Shown here: positions 1 through 10,429 of the stretch, piece after piece | Position numbering within the stretch: the first letter of the stretch is position 1 | Layout of the letters: every line of letters begins with the position of its first letter | DNA from: Marsupella aquatica | Taxonomy: Eukaryota; Plantae; Marchantiophyta | Length of the DNA stretch: 64,000 nucleotides | NCBI GenBank assembly: GCA_973895155.1 | Contig: OZ316901.1 | Coordinates: 1-64,000, forward strand | Direction of reading: 5' to 3' | Translations under genes and position numbers: made by a program | Notes under the pieces: generated by a model | Seen by the model: the letters and a program-made list of their open reading frames with translations, nothing else | What the model was told of the DNA's origin: nothing | The model's database searches: none

Positions 1-10
1 GAAACATTAG

Positions 11-39
11 TTGACCTCCCAAATATCTCGTGTTAAGAT
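11..39 (+). promoter_or_regulatory. sigma70/PEP-type promoter (-35 TTGACC, 17 nt spacer, -10 TAAGAT)
   Basis: TTGACC at 11-16 and TAAGAT at 34-39; lies upstream of the trnI fragment and 3'rps12. Confidence 0.55.
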
Positions 40-187
40 TATTCTCCAACGAAATACTCAATTTATATTCTTAAATGTGAAAAAATCCAAATATAATGAA
101 TTTGTAACAAAAAATGAAAGTTTGAATGGACTTATCAACATATATATATACAGATTATCAATATATGTATAAAATTCAACTATAGAA

Positions 188-217
188 GCATCCATGGCTG
201 AATGGTTAAAGCACCCA
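188..217 (+). pseudogene. trnI-CAU: 5' fragment (30 nt) of tRNA-Ile(CAU)
   Basis: GCATCCATGGCTGAATGGTTAAAGCACCCA matches the 5' acceptor strand, D-arm and start of the anticodon stem of plastid trnI-CAU; the anticodon loop, T-arm and 3' acceptor strand are absent. Confidence 0.75.
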
Positions 218-444
218 TGAAATTCCACTTGTATATAATTGAGAAAGATAAGCTGATATTAACTCGTCAAATTTTCGAGAGATAAACATATTGGGATACG
301 ATCAAAAAGTTGGTAACAATAATATTTATTATGGTAGCAACCCCTTTATCAATTAAAATTTGAACGAGGAGCCGTATGAAACGAAAATTTCACGTACGGT
401 TCCGTAGAGCGACAATACAAGGTAACTTTTTTATCGACTTTTAC
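218..444 (+). other. rps12: 3' half of trans-spliced group II intron 1 of rps12 (5' limit uncertain)
   Basis: Domain V GAGCCGTATGAAACGAAAATTTCACGTACGGTTC at 369-402; ends ...TTTTAC directly before exon 2. Confidence 0.8.
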
Positions 445-1190
445 ACCACAACCCCAAAAAAACCAAACTCCGCCCTGCGAAAAGTGGCTCGAGTTAGACT
501 AACATCTGGATTCGAAATTACTGCATACATCCCAGGCATGGGACATAATTTACAAGAACATTCTGTAGTTTTAGTAAGAGGGGGAAGAGTCAAAGATTTG
601 CCTGGTGTGAGATATCATATTGTTAGAGGTACGTTGGATTCAGTGGGAGTAAGAGATCGCCACCAAGGGCGTTCTAGTGCGTTGTATATCATTCCCAAAA
701 AATTGTATCATTTTCAGATACTCAAATTTGTTGCTATGAATATATAGAGAAATAGCTAACCCGATAGCGAAAAAGATAAAAGTTTATTAAAGGGACCAGA
801 GCATGCTATTGATAAATAAAATACAGACAATTTTATTATAGACTAATACCTATGGTCTTACTTTGGATTTAATTTTGATAGTTTTCCCAAACTTTGGTTG
901 ATAAAATAAGAAATTTTTATTTTTTTAGAACAAATGAAAATGAAATAGCAATTACTCTTTGAAAAAGTCAATTTCTTTATACTGTCCAGTAACTAGACCT
1001 AAGGGTAAAAAATTTTGGGATTTGGAAATACAGGATTTCCGAAGAAGGAAAGGGATACTCAATTTTGAATGAGTAAGCATCGTGGAAAATTCGGATGTTG
1101 AAAGCCGTATTCGTTGAAAATTGAATGTACGGTTTGGAGGAAGATTAAAGAAAATCCATCCTACAATATGGAGTGGAAAAGTCAAAATAA
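445..1190 (+). CDS. rps12: ribosomal protein S12, exons 2-3, join(445..676,1165..1190); exon 1 is trans-spliced from outside the window
   Basis: [20 protein letters not shown]...[15 protein letters not shown] motif; 232-nt exon ending TCTA|GTGCG; 26-nt exon 3 AA TAT GGA GTG GAA AAG TCA AAA TAA. Confidence 0.95.
677..1164 (+). other. rps12: group II cis intron of rps12
   Basis: GTGCG start, domain V AAGCCGTATTCG...GTACGGTTT, ...CCTAC end. Confidence 0.9.
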
Positions 1191-1240
1191 ATTAAACAAA
1201 ATCGTTTATAAATAAAAAAATTGATTCAATTATCTATATT

Positions 1241-1708
1241 ATGTCACGCAAAAGTGTTGTGGAGAAAAAATTAGCAAAGCCTGATCCGATATATCGTAAT
1301 CGATTAATCAATATGCTAGTTAATCGTATTCTAAAGAATGGAAAGAAATCATTGTCTTATCGAATTTTGTATAGAGCGATAAGCAATATCAAGCGAAGGA
1401 CGAAAAAAAACCCATTATTTGTATCACGTCAAGCTATAGGTAAAGTAACTCCGAATGTGACGGTTAAAGCACGACGTATAGGTGGATCAACATATCAAAT
1501 TCCACTCGAAATTCAATCAACACAGGGAAAAGCACTAGCTATTCGCTGGTTGTTGGGAGCAGCACGAAAACGTTCAGGTGAAGATATGGCTGCAAAACTG
1601 AGTTATGAATTAATTGACGCAGCGAAAGATAATGGAACTGCTATACGTAAAAAGGAAGAAACTCATAAGATGGCAGAAGCTAATAGAGCTTTTGCACATT
1701 TTCGTTAA
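1241..1708 (+). CDS. rps7: ribosomal protein S7
   Basis: 155 aa; MSRKS...[18 protein letters not shown]. Confidence 0.97.
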   Translation: MSRKSVVEKKLAKPDPIYRNRLINMLVNRILKNGKKSLSYRILYRAISNIKRRTKKNPLFVSRQAIGKVTPNVTVKARRIGGSTYQIPLEIQSTQGKALAIRWLLGAARKRSGEDMAAKLSYELIDAAKDNGTAIRKKEETHKMAEANRAFAHFR

Positions 1709-1837
1709 ATTGAATATTTGAATCAAATAAAAAGAAGAGGGAATAGAAATGGATACTATTTTTATTCCTTCTCTTAAAAAAAGTAAAAAATATTGCATCA
1801 ATAATGAATACTTTATTTTATCCTACAAAAAACTTTT

Positions 1838-3962
1838 ATGAAATTAGAACTTGATACATTTCTTTCATATGCAAACACAATTTTACCTGAATGTATTCCA
1901 ATTTTTTGTTTATTGATTATTCTCTGGATCAATTTAGTATCAAATGAGAAAAACGCAATTATATTATATTTCATCTCTCTAACAAGTTTATTTACGAGTC
2001 TAGCAATATTAATATCTCAATGGGAAACAGAACCAATTCTAAGTTTTTCGGGTTCTTTTCAAACAGATAGTTTTAATAGAATCTTTCAAATTTTGATAGC
2101 ATTATCATCCATATTATGCATTCCCATGGCTTTAGAATATACCAAATGCACCGGAATGGCCATTTCTGAGTTTCTAGTATTTATACTAACAGCTACTGTC
2201 GGAGGGATGCTTCTCTGTGGCGCCAATGATTTAATTACCATTTTTGTATCTTTAGAATGTTTGAGTCTATGTTCTTATTTACTATGTAGCTACACGAAAA
2301 AAGATATTAGATCAAATGAAGCTGCTATGAAATATTTACTTATAGGCGGGCTAAGCTCATCCATTCTTGCTTATGGGTTTTCGTGGTTATACGGATTATC
2401 GGGGGGTGAGACAAATATACAAGAAATTGTAAATGGGATTCGGAGTACACAAATGTCAAATTCCACGGGAATGTTTATTGCACTTCTATGTATTACAGTC
2501 GGACTTGCTTTTAAACTCTCACTAGTTCCTTTCCATCAATGGACTCCTGATATCTATGAAGGAGTGCGATCCGTTTCGGAAATTATAATAATTAAAGTTT
2601 TTAATTATTTATATACACAAATTTCCTTTGATAACTCAACAAAAATACAGTATGAACTAATACAATCTTCACTTCGATTAAAGATGAAATTTTTTCGAGA
2701 TTTACGTTTGGAATAGAGCAAAATTTCAAATATTTATTTTTCCTCCGGAAATAGAAATCGCTTGGTAAATTAAAAAAAATTATTAGGGATAGTTTATACG
2801 AATAATAAAGACTTGTATAGAATAAATCATTTTATATATTAAAATTTTCCTCATAATTTAGTCTCTATTCTTCGTGACAAAGAGTGATATAGGAATATTG
2901 GTCGATGAATCTAATCCTAAAATGAAAAATTTATTATAATTGTTGGGAACGGAAAAAATAAATGATTGAAAACATTTGTATTAAAAATTATTTGAAAAGG
3001 ATTTCTCGAAAAGTTTAAAATTAAAAAAACTTTTTTTATAATACATACACGAGGAGGATGATAAGTTATGATAGAAAGAATAATGAAAATCTTTTGTTAC
3101 TAATTAATTATTTAGAAGCCGTGTGAAATTAAAATTTCATGCACGGTTTTGAAGAAGAGGAAACTAAAAATTTTCCGACTTTAACTCACCAACTTCAGTC
3201 GTTGCTTTTCTTTCAATTACTTCTAAAATAGCAGGTATAGCTTTACTTACTCGAATTTTCAATATTGTTTTTGTCTTTCCACCAAATGAATGGAAACTTA
3301 TATTAGAAATTTTAGCAATATCGAGTTTAATTTTAGGTAATTTGGTTGCAATTACTCAGACGAGTATAAAACGTATGCTCGCATATTCCTCGATAAGCCA
3401 AATTGGATATATTATTATTGGATTGGTAGCTAATAATATAAATGGATATACTAGTATGATCATCTACACTTTTTTTTACATTTTCATGAATTTAGGTACA
3501 TTTGCTTGTGTCATACTGTTTAGTTTACGTACCGGAACAGACAATATTCGTGATTATGAAGGATTATATATCAGAGATCCCTTATTGAGTATTTCATTAA
3601 CATTATGTTTATTATCTTTGGGTGGTATACCGCCCTTAACAGGGTTTTTTGGTAAATTATATCTATTTTGGTGCGGATGGCGGGCCGGACTTTATTTATT
3701 AGTTACGATCGCACTGATAACAAGCATAATTTCGATTTATTATTACTTGAAAATAATAAAATTAATGATATATTCAAAAGATAAAAGATTCAACCCTTAT
3801 TTGCAAACCTATTTTGTTCCATCAACAATTTTTCTAAAAAGAAACTCAATTGAATTTACCATATTGTTATGTACAATAGCATCTGTCTTTTTAGGTTTTC
3901 TCATAAATCCTTTTTTTTATTTTATCCAAGATAATTTGAAATTAAGCATTTTTATTAATTAG
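1838..3962 (+). CDS. ndhB: NADH dehydrogenase subunit 2, join(1838..2563,3186..3962)
   Basis: [11 protein letters not shown]|GTGCG junction; exon 2 starts SPT and is in frame with ORF 3342..3962 ([15 protein letters not shown]); 500 aa. Confidence 0.95.
2564..3185 (+). other. ndhB: group II intron of ndhB
   Basis: GTGCG start, domain V GAAGCCGTGTG...GCACGGTTT, ...TTAAC end. Confidence 0.9.
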
Positions 3963-3963
3963 A

Positions 3964-4011
3964 AAATAATTGTATATAGTGAATATACATATTCACCATA
4001 TACAATTATTT
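3964..4011. terminator. stem-loop at the 3' end of ndhB
   Basis: AAATAATTGTATAT-A-GTGAATAT / ATATTCAC-C-ATATACAATTATTT inverted repeat. Confidence 0.65.
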
Positions 4012-4018
4012 GAGCTGA

Positions 4019-4098
4019 GCCTCGATGGTGAAACGGTATACACGCGAGATTCAAAATTTCGTGCTTTAAGCATGGAGGTTCGAATCCTCTTCGAGGCA
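4019..4098 (+). tRNA. trnL-CAA: tRNA-Leu(CAA)
   Basis: GCCTCGA/TCGAGGC acceptor stem, CGAGA-TTCAAAA-TTTCG anticodon arm, GGTTCGAATCC T-arm. Confidence 0.93.
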
Positions 4099-4104
4099 AA
4101 TAAT

Positions 4105-4140
4105 AAAATATTTATCTAAATTTATTTAGATAAATATTTT
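4105..4140. terminator. 16-bp perfect AT-rich hairpin downstream of trnL-CAA
   Basis: AAAATATTTATCTAAA-TTTA-TTTAGATAAATATTTT. Confidence 0.55.
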
Positions 4141-4341
4141 ATATGTTATAATATCTCATTGATAATGGAAAAAGAAATTATCTAACTCAAAACATAGAAT
4201 TTCTATAAATATTGAGTGAATGGCGAATTAAATTTTTTGAACATAAATTTAAAGCAAATTTATGATTTTTTCGGAAACAGATTCGTATTTTATAAGATGA
4301 TATTTCGGATATTTCCGAGAAACTATTAAAATAATAAAATT

Positions 4342-4446
4342 ATGGAAGTAAATATTTCAGCATTTATTGCTACGGCTCTTTCCATTCTAATTCCTACAGC
4401 TTTTTTACTTATTCTTTATGTACGAACAGCTAGTCAAAATAATTAG
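4342..4446 (+). CDS. psbM: photosystem II protein M
   Basis: [34 protein letters not shown], 34 aa; S6 and S14 need C-to-U edits. Confidence 0.93.
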   Translation: MEVNISAFIATALSILIPTAFLLILYVRTASQNN

Positions 4447-4577
4447 TATAATCCAAATTATTTTTTTTTTTCCAAGAGAATGAGAAGGGGGAAGGGTAGA
4501 GAAACGACTAAAAAATACTATTTGTTATTTTTCAAATTTTTTTTGCTTTCCCTCAATCACTAATACATTATAAAGAA

Positions 4578-5501
4578 ATGAATCATATGGAATTAGGCCC
4601 TAGTACTATAATAGGGATAACTTTAGTAATAGTAGGCATACTTTCATACGCCCTGAAAAATAGGGAACCTTTTGTTTCTAGAGGTGTGATTTTTTAACGT
4701 ACTTTAAATGGGATTTCAACATATCGATAATATCTTTTCGATGTGAAACTTGAACAAAAATGATCTTTCAATTTAATTAATATGTATGAATCTATGGTTA
4801 GACCGTTTCAACATTATTATGTCATTTCGGAAACATTGAAAATATTTATCACCACAAAATACAAAATTTTTCGTCACTCATTGTTTTCCTCTGGCAAACA
4901 ATATAGTAATAAGGTAATACCAACGGAATTTAATATGAGCCTAACGATGGAGAATAAAAGTACTAAGAAATATAACTTTTTGAAATCAAAATAATAAATC
5001 TTATCTAATTCAAAAAAATGAAGACAATCCAAAAAATTTTTTGAAATTAACTTGGATTTCGGGTAAAAAGTTTCCCAATTATTTTTTGTTCAAGCCATAC
5101 CGATTTGAAAAAATCATATATGGTTTTTGGGGGGGGTTTACTTCAACCTATCCCAATATTATGACTCTCTTTTCTCATCTATTGGTTTATTGTGTGGAGG
5201 AATCCTTTTCTTTCAGGGTTGGCGGTTGGATCCAATTCTTTTATTATCTCAAATACTTTTAAGTGGGACGACCGTCTTTTTTATTATAGAAAATATTTAT
5301 TTGAGAAATTCTTCCCATCATTTAAAATATGTGAAAAGAATAGAAATAATTTCGAAGGTTGGAAGGGGATACAAACATAAAAATTTCAAATTAAAAAATA
5401 ATTTTTCAATCAATAAAAATAGAATTGGAAAAATCTCTTATACTAAACATCTTTCTTATCGCGGGAGAGAACAGAATGGAAGGGCATTGAATTATTTATA
5501 A
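4578..5501 (+). CDS. ycf66: Ycf66, join(4578..4683,5158..5501)
   Basis: MNHMELGPSTIIG...EPFVSR-G|GTGTG intron AT|AT-YDSLFSSIGLLCGGILFFQGWRLDPILLLSQ; 149 aa. Confidence 0.9.
4684..5157 (+). other. ycf66: group II intron of ycf66 (474 nt)
   Basis: GTGTG start, divergent domain V at 5092-5126, ...CCCAAT end. Confidence 0.85.
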
Positions 5502-5567
5502 AATTCAATGCCTTCTCATTTTGAAAAGAATATTGCGAAAAGTTTTTTTCTAAATCTTAATAAATAT

Positions 5568-5657
5568 TCATAAGCCACTGCGTCCCCAAACTACGAGTGA
5601 TAGAGAGAAAGTAAAAACAACCATTAAGGCACCCCAAGCTATATTAGTAATATCCAT
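5568..5657 (-). CDS. petN: cytochrome b6/f subunit N
   Basis: [29 protein letters not shown], with an AAGGAG Shine-Dalgarno upstream. Confidence 0.95.
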   Translation of the reverse strand: MDITNIAWGALMVVFTFSLSLVVWGRSGL

Positions 5658-5706
5658 AACTCCTTTTGACTTCATTTCCGTTTTAATTGGTACGAGAGAC
5701 AGATAT

Positions 5707-5742
5707 ATACATTCATATGTATATATATACATATGAATGTAT
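5707..5742. repeat. 36-bp perfect palindrome upstream of petN
   Basis: ATACATTCATATGTATAT|ATATACATATGAATGTAT. Confidence 0.8.
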
Positions 5743-5985
5743 GGAAATCTATATTTTTTGGACTTTCCAAAAAATTATTTAATAAATTATTCCTAATTAT
5801 AAATTATTTATAATTAAGTTGATTTTCTTACCTAGATGTTTCAGTATATATGTGGGTTGTCTATAATACGATGTTTCAAGGAACATTTCAAATGTTACAG
5901 ACTATAATACATAGAGCATAACGGTCTGCTCCCGGAAATGACGTAATAGATAAACCCACCTTGTCTATATCTTGCTCAAAAAACA

Positions 5986-6056
5986 AAGCGACACCCAGAT
6001 TTGAACTGGGGATAAAGGATTTGCAGTCCCTTGCCTTACCACTTGGCCATGCCGCT
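5986..6056 (-). tRNA. trnC-GCA: tRNA-Cys(GCA)
   Basis: AGCGGCATGGCCAAGTGGTAAGGCAAGGGACTGCAAATCCTT...GGGTGTCGCTT cloverleaf. Confidence 0.93.
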
Positions 6057-6266
6057 GTTCGTTCCTATTGAATAATACACTTTATTGAATAAACTTCTCA
6101 ACTTATACTATAGGATTCGTGAGGACAAAACAAGAATCAAGAGTTAAAAACTTTTCATTTCTTGATGGAAAAATAAAAGATAAACATTTTTGGGATAAAG
6201 TAAACTCGAATTTTATTTTTTTAATAATGTTGATGAAAAAACTCCAATTAAATTTTAGAGGAAAAT

Positions 6267-9200
6267 ATGGAGATTTTCGTACTCCCCGAATTTGGAAAAA
6301 TACAATTCGAAGGATTTAATCGTTTTATTAATAAAGGTTTAATCGCAGAACCGAAAAACTTTCCGAAAATTCGAGATATAGATCAAGAATTAGAATTTCG
6401 TATATTTGGAGAACAATATAAACTGACAGAACCTCCCTTGGAAGAACGAGATGCTGTGTATCAATCGATTACCTATTCTTCAGATTTGTATGTACCTGCT
6501 CGATTGACCCAGAAAGCAGAGGGAAAGATAAAGAAACAGACAGTTTTTCTTGGAAGTATTCCGTTAATGAATTCTCAAGGTACATTTGTTGTTAATGGAG
6601 TTGCCAGGGTTATAATCAATCAAATTTTACGAAGTCCTGGGATTTATTACAACTCGGAACTAGATCGTAATGGGATTCCAATATATAGTGGAACTTCAAT
6701 TTCGAATTGGGGAGGAAGATTAAAACTAGAAATTGACGGAAAAAGACGAATCTGGGCACGAATAAGCAAAAAACGAAAAGTATCCATTTTGATTCTATTA
6801 TCAGCCATGGGTTTGAATCTAAGAAAAATTTTAGTCAGTGTTTGCTATCCAAAAATTTATTTAGAGTCTATAGAAAAAAAAACTAGAAAAGACTACCCCT
6901 ATTCAACAGAAGATGCAATAGTAGAACTTTATAAACAGTTGTATTGCTTGGGTGGCGATATAACCTTTTCTGAATCCATACGCAAAGAATTACGAAAAAA
7001 ATTTTTCCAACAACGATGTGAATTGGGAAGAATAGGACGTTTGAATCCAAACAAAAAATTGAATCTTGACGTCCCGGAAAACGAAACTTTTTTATTACCT
7101 CAAGATATTTTAACAGCTGTCGATTATTTAATAAAATTAAAGTTTGGAGTAGGTAGACTTGATGATATCGATCATCTAAAAAACCGACGTGTTTGTTCAG
7201 TAGCAGATTTGTTACAAGATCAATTTAGATTGGGATTAAATCGTTTAGAAAATTCGATTCGACAAATTTTGCGAGGAGCAACCAAGCGGAAAAGACTACC
7301 AACACCCAAAAGCCTAGTAACCCCAACTCCATTAGTAATGACTTTTAAAGAGTTTTTTGGTTCACATCCTTTATCTCAATTTTTGGATCAAACAAATCCA
7401 TTGACTGAGATGGTTCATAAAAGAAGATTAAGTTCTTTAGGTCCTGGTGGATTGACGAGACGAACTGCTGGTTTCCAAGTTCGTGACATTCATCCGAGTC
7501 ACTATGGCCGAATTTGTCCCATTGAAACCTCTGAAGGAATGAATGCTGGACTTATAGGGTCATTAGCAATTCATGCGGAAATTAATAGTTTAGGTTGCTT
7601 AGAAAGCCCTTTCTATAAGATTTCAGAATTGTCTGAGGAATATAAGATATTTAATTTATCAGCTGGAGGAGACGAATATTATAGAATCGCTACTGGTAAT
7701 TGTTTAGCGTTGGACGAAAACAATCAAGAAGAACTCCTTACTCCAGCTAGATACAGACAAGATTTTGTGGCTATTGCTTGGGAACATATACAACTTCGTA
7801 GTATTTTCCCTTTGCAATATTTTTCCGTTGGAGCTTCTCCCATTCCTTTTCTCGAACATAATGACGCGAATCGAGCACTAACGGGCTCAAATATGCAACG
7901 CCAAGCCGTTCCACTTTTGGAAACAGAAAAATGTATTGTAGGAACGGGAATAGAGATTCAAACAGCTTTAGATTCAGGTAGTGTGACTGTAACGAGAACA
8001 GGGGGGAAAATTGATTATATTGATAATAATCAAATAACCTTATACAAAGATGAAAAAACGATAGATACAAATCTAATTATATATCAACGATCCAATAATA
8101 ATACTTGTATGCATCAAAAGCCCCGAGTAAGAAACAATAGATATATAAAAATAGGTCAAATTTTGGCCGATGGTGCAGCAACTTCGAAAGGTGAGCTCGC
8201 TCTGGGGAAAAATATTTTGGTGGCTTATATGCCTTGGGAAGGTTATAATTTCGAAGACGCTATTTTGATCAGTGAGCGTCTAATATATAACGATGTATAC
8301 ACTTCACTTCATATCGAAAGATATGAAATCGAAGCCCGTATGGCAAGTCAAGGTGCAGAAAAATTTACTAGCGAGATACCTCATCTGGATAATTATTTAC
8401 TCCGTCATTTAGATAAAAACGGCATTGTATTAGCAGGAGCATGGGTTGAAACAGGAGATGTTTTGGTGGGAAAATTGACACCTCAAGAAACCGAGGAAAC
8501 TTTACGAGCTCCGGAAGGTAAATTATTACAAGCTATTTTTGGTATTCGAGTAACAAACTCGAAAGAAAATTGTCTTAAAGTTCCTATCGGCGGAAAAGGA
8601 CGAGTCGTTGATGTTAGATCTATTTATAAGGAAGATAATTCGGATGATGCAAAGATTATTCACGTTTATATTCTCCAAAGACGCAAGATACAAGTAGGTG
8701 ACAAAGTTGCTGGACGACATGGTAATAAAGGTATTATTTCAAAAATATTACCAAGACAGGATATGCCTTTTCTACAAAATGGTATACCCATCGACATGAT
8801 ATTAAGTCCTTTGGGTGTACCTTCACGAATGAATGTTGGACAAATTTTTGAATGTTTACTTGGTTTAGCTGGCGACTTTCTGAAAAAGAATTATAGAGTA
8901 ATACCATTTGATGAGAGATATGAAAGGGAAGCTTCAAGAAAATTAATATTTTCAGAACTTTATGAAGCAGGTAGACAAACAACAAATCCATGGTTATTTG
9001 AACCTGACAATCCGGGAAAAACTCGATTATTTGATGGAAGAACTGGAGATATTTTTGAACAGCCCGTTACTGTAGGAAAAGCCTATATGTTAAAACTAAT
9101 TCATCAAGTGGATGATAAAATTCATGCACGTTCAAGTGGACCTTATGCATTGGTTACGCAACAGCCACTGCGGGGTAGATCCAGGCGAGGGGGACAAAGA

Positions 9201-9461
9201 GTTGGAGAAATGGAAGTTTGGGCTTTGGAAGGTTTTGGTGTTGCTTACATATTGCAAGAAATGCTAACGATTAAATCAGATCATATCAAAGCGCGGTATG
9301 AAGTACTAGGCGCTATTGTTGCTGGAGAACCTATCCCCAAACCTGAAACGGCTCCAGAATCATTTAAATTACTCGTTCGAGAATTACGATCTTTAGCTCT
9401 AGAAATTAACCATGCTACTATACTCGAGAAAGATTTAGAATTGAAATTAAAAGAAATTTGA
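6267..9461 (+). CDS. rpoB: RNA polymerase beta subunit
   Basis: 1064 aa; [22 protein letters not shown] and [14 protein letters not shown] motifs. Confidence 0.98.
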   Translation: MEIFVLPEFGKIQFEGFNRFINKGLIAEPKNFPKIRDIDQELEFRIFGEQYKLTEPPLEERDAVYQSITYSSDLYVPARLTQKAEGKIKKQTVFLGSIPLMNSQGTFVVNGVARVIINQILRSPGIYYNSELDRNGIPIYSGTSISNWGGRLKLEIDGKRRIWARISKKRKVSILILLSAMGLNLRKILVSVCYPKIYLESIEKKTRKDYPYSTEDAIVELYKQLYCLGGDITFSESIRKELRKKFFQQRCELGRIGRLNPNKKLNLDVPENETFLLPQDILTAVDYLIKLKFGVGRLDDIDHLKNRRVCSVADLLQDQFRLGLNRLENSIRQILRGATKRKRLPTPKSLVTPTPLVMTFKEFFGSHPLSQFLDQTNPLTEMVHKRRLSSLGPGGLTRRTAGFQVRDIHPSHYGRICPIETSEGMNAGLIGSLAIHAEINSLGCLESPFYKISELSEEYKIFNLSAGGDEYYRIATGNCLALDENNQEELLTPARYRQDFVAIAWEHIQLRSIFPLQYFSVGASPIPFLEHNDANRALTGSNMQRQAVPLLETEKCIVGTGIEIQTALDSGSVTVTRTGGKIDYIDNNQITLYKDEKTIDTNLIIYQRSNNNTCMHQKPRVRNNRYIKIGQILADGAATSKGELALGKNILVAYMPWEGYNFEDAILISERLIYNDVYTSLHIERYEIEARMASQGAEKFTSEIPHLDNYLLRHLDKNGIVLAGAWVETGDVLVGKLTPQETEETLRAPEGKLLQAIFGIRVTNSKENCLKVPIGGKGRVVDVRSIYKEDNSDDAKIIHVYILQRRKIQVGDKVAGRHGNKGIISKILPRQDMPFLQNGIPIDMILSPLGVPSRMNVGQIFECLLGLAGDFLKKNYRVIPFDERYEREASRKLIFSELYEAGRQTTNPWLFEPDNPGKTRLFDGRTGDIFEQPVTVGKAYMLKLIHQVDDKIHARSSGPYALVTQQPLRGRSRRGGQRVGEMEVWALEGFGVAYILQEMLTIKSDHIKARYEVLGAIVAGEPIPKPETAPESFKLLVRELRSLALEINHATILEKDLELKLKEI

Positions 9462-9488
9462 AAAAAAATAATTTGGAATCTCTATTTT

Positions 9489-10374
9489 ATGATTTATCAA
9501 CGGAAATATCACCATCTTCGAATCGAATTAGCTTCTCCCGAACAAATACGTAATTGGGGTAAACGAGTTTTACCCGATGGAGAAACCATTGGCCAAGTAA
9601 CGAAACCTTATACATTGCATTATAAGACGCATAAACCAGAAAAAGATGGTTTATTTTGTGAACGAATTTTTGGACCTATCAAAAGTGGAGTTTGCATTTG
9701 CGGGAAATATCGAGGAATTGAAAATCGGAAAGATAATATAAGATTTTGCGAACATTGTGGAGTAGATTTCACTGAATCGAGAATTAGAAGATATCGAATG
9801 GGATATATTGAATTGGCCTGTCCCGTCACACATGTATGGTATTTGAAACGTCTTCCCAGTTGTATTGCTAATTCATTAGCCAAACCACTTAAAGAATTGG
9901 AAAGTCTAGTTTATTGCGATGTGTGACTTGATCACAAGTTTTTATTTCACAGATTTTTTAGGAACTGTTACTTCAATCTTTCAATATTAGAGTACCTCCC
10001 ATTTTGACATATCCTTATAAAGTAATGATATGGAGCTCAAAAAAAAAATAAGTATTAAATTTTTCTATTATCTGGGGGAGTCAGTCTAGGGTTAGAGAAA
10101 AATTATTTGCTATTTAGATTTCGTGAGACAAAAATCGAAAAATATTTTTTGATACATGATATATCGGAGTAAATTCATCGCAAATTTGTTTTAAATTAAA
10201 GGATGAATCATCGAAATAGAGCAAAAACCTAAGGAATGCACTAGATTGAAACATGGACAAGAAAAACCTTTCTAGATTCATTATTTTTTTATGAATTCTA
10301 AGAGAATTGAGACCACTCAACAAATTTCAAAAAAAATTTAGGAATTTTAACGTGAGTAATGAGTAGTTATTAGA

Positions 10375-10429
<55 letters not shown>

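Noticed and set aside
376-747. 123-aa ORF-track protein with rps12 similarity
   Set aside because: It is a chimera of intron domain V/VI sequence, rps12 exon 2 and read-through into intron 2; the true exon is 445..676.
1838-2716. ndhB apparently split into two ORFs (292 aa and 206 aa)
   Set aside because: Explained by the group II intron at 2564..3185; the spliced frame is continuous, so it is not a pseudogene.
4782-4994. 70-aa ORF inside the ycf66 intron
   Set aside because: AT-rich and short, with no RT or maturase motif and no Shine-Dalgarno; a chance ORF.
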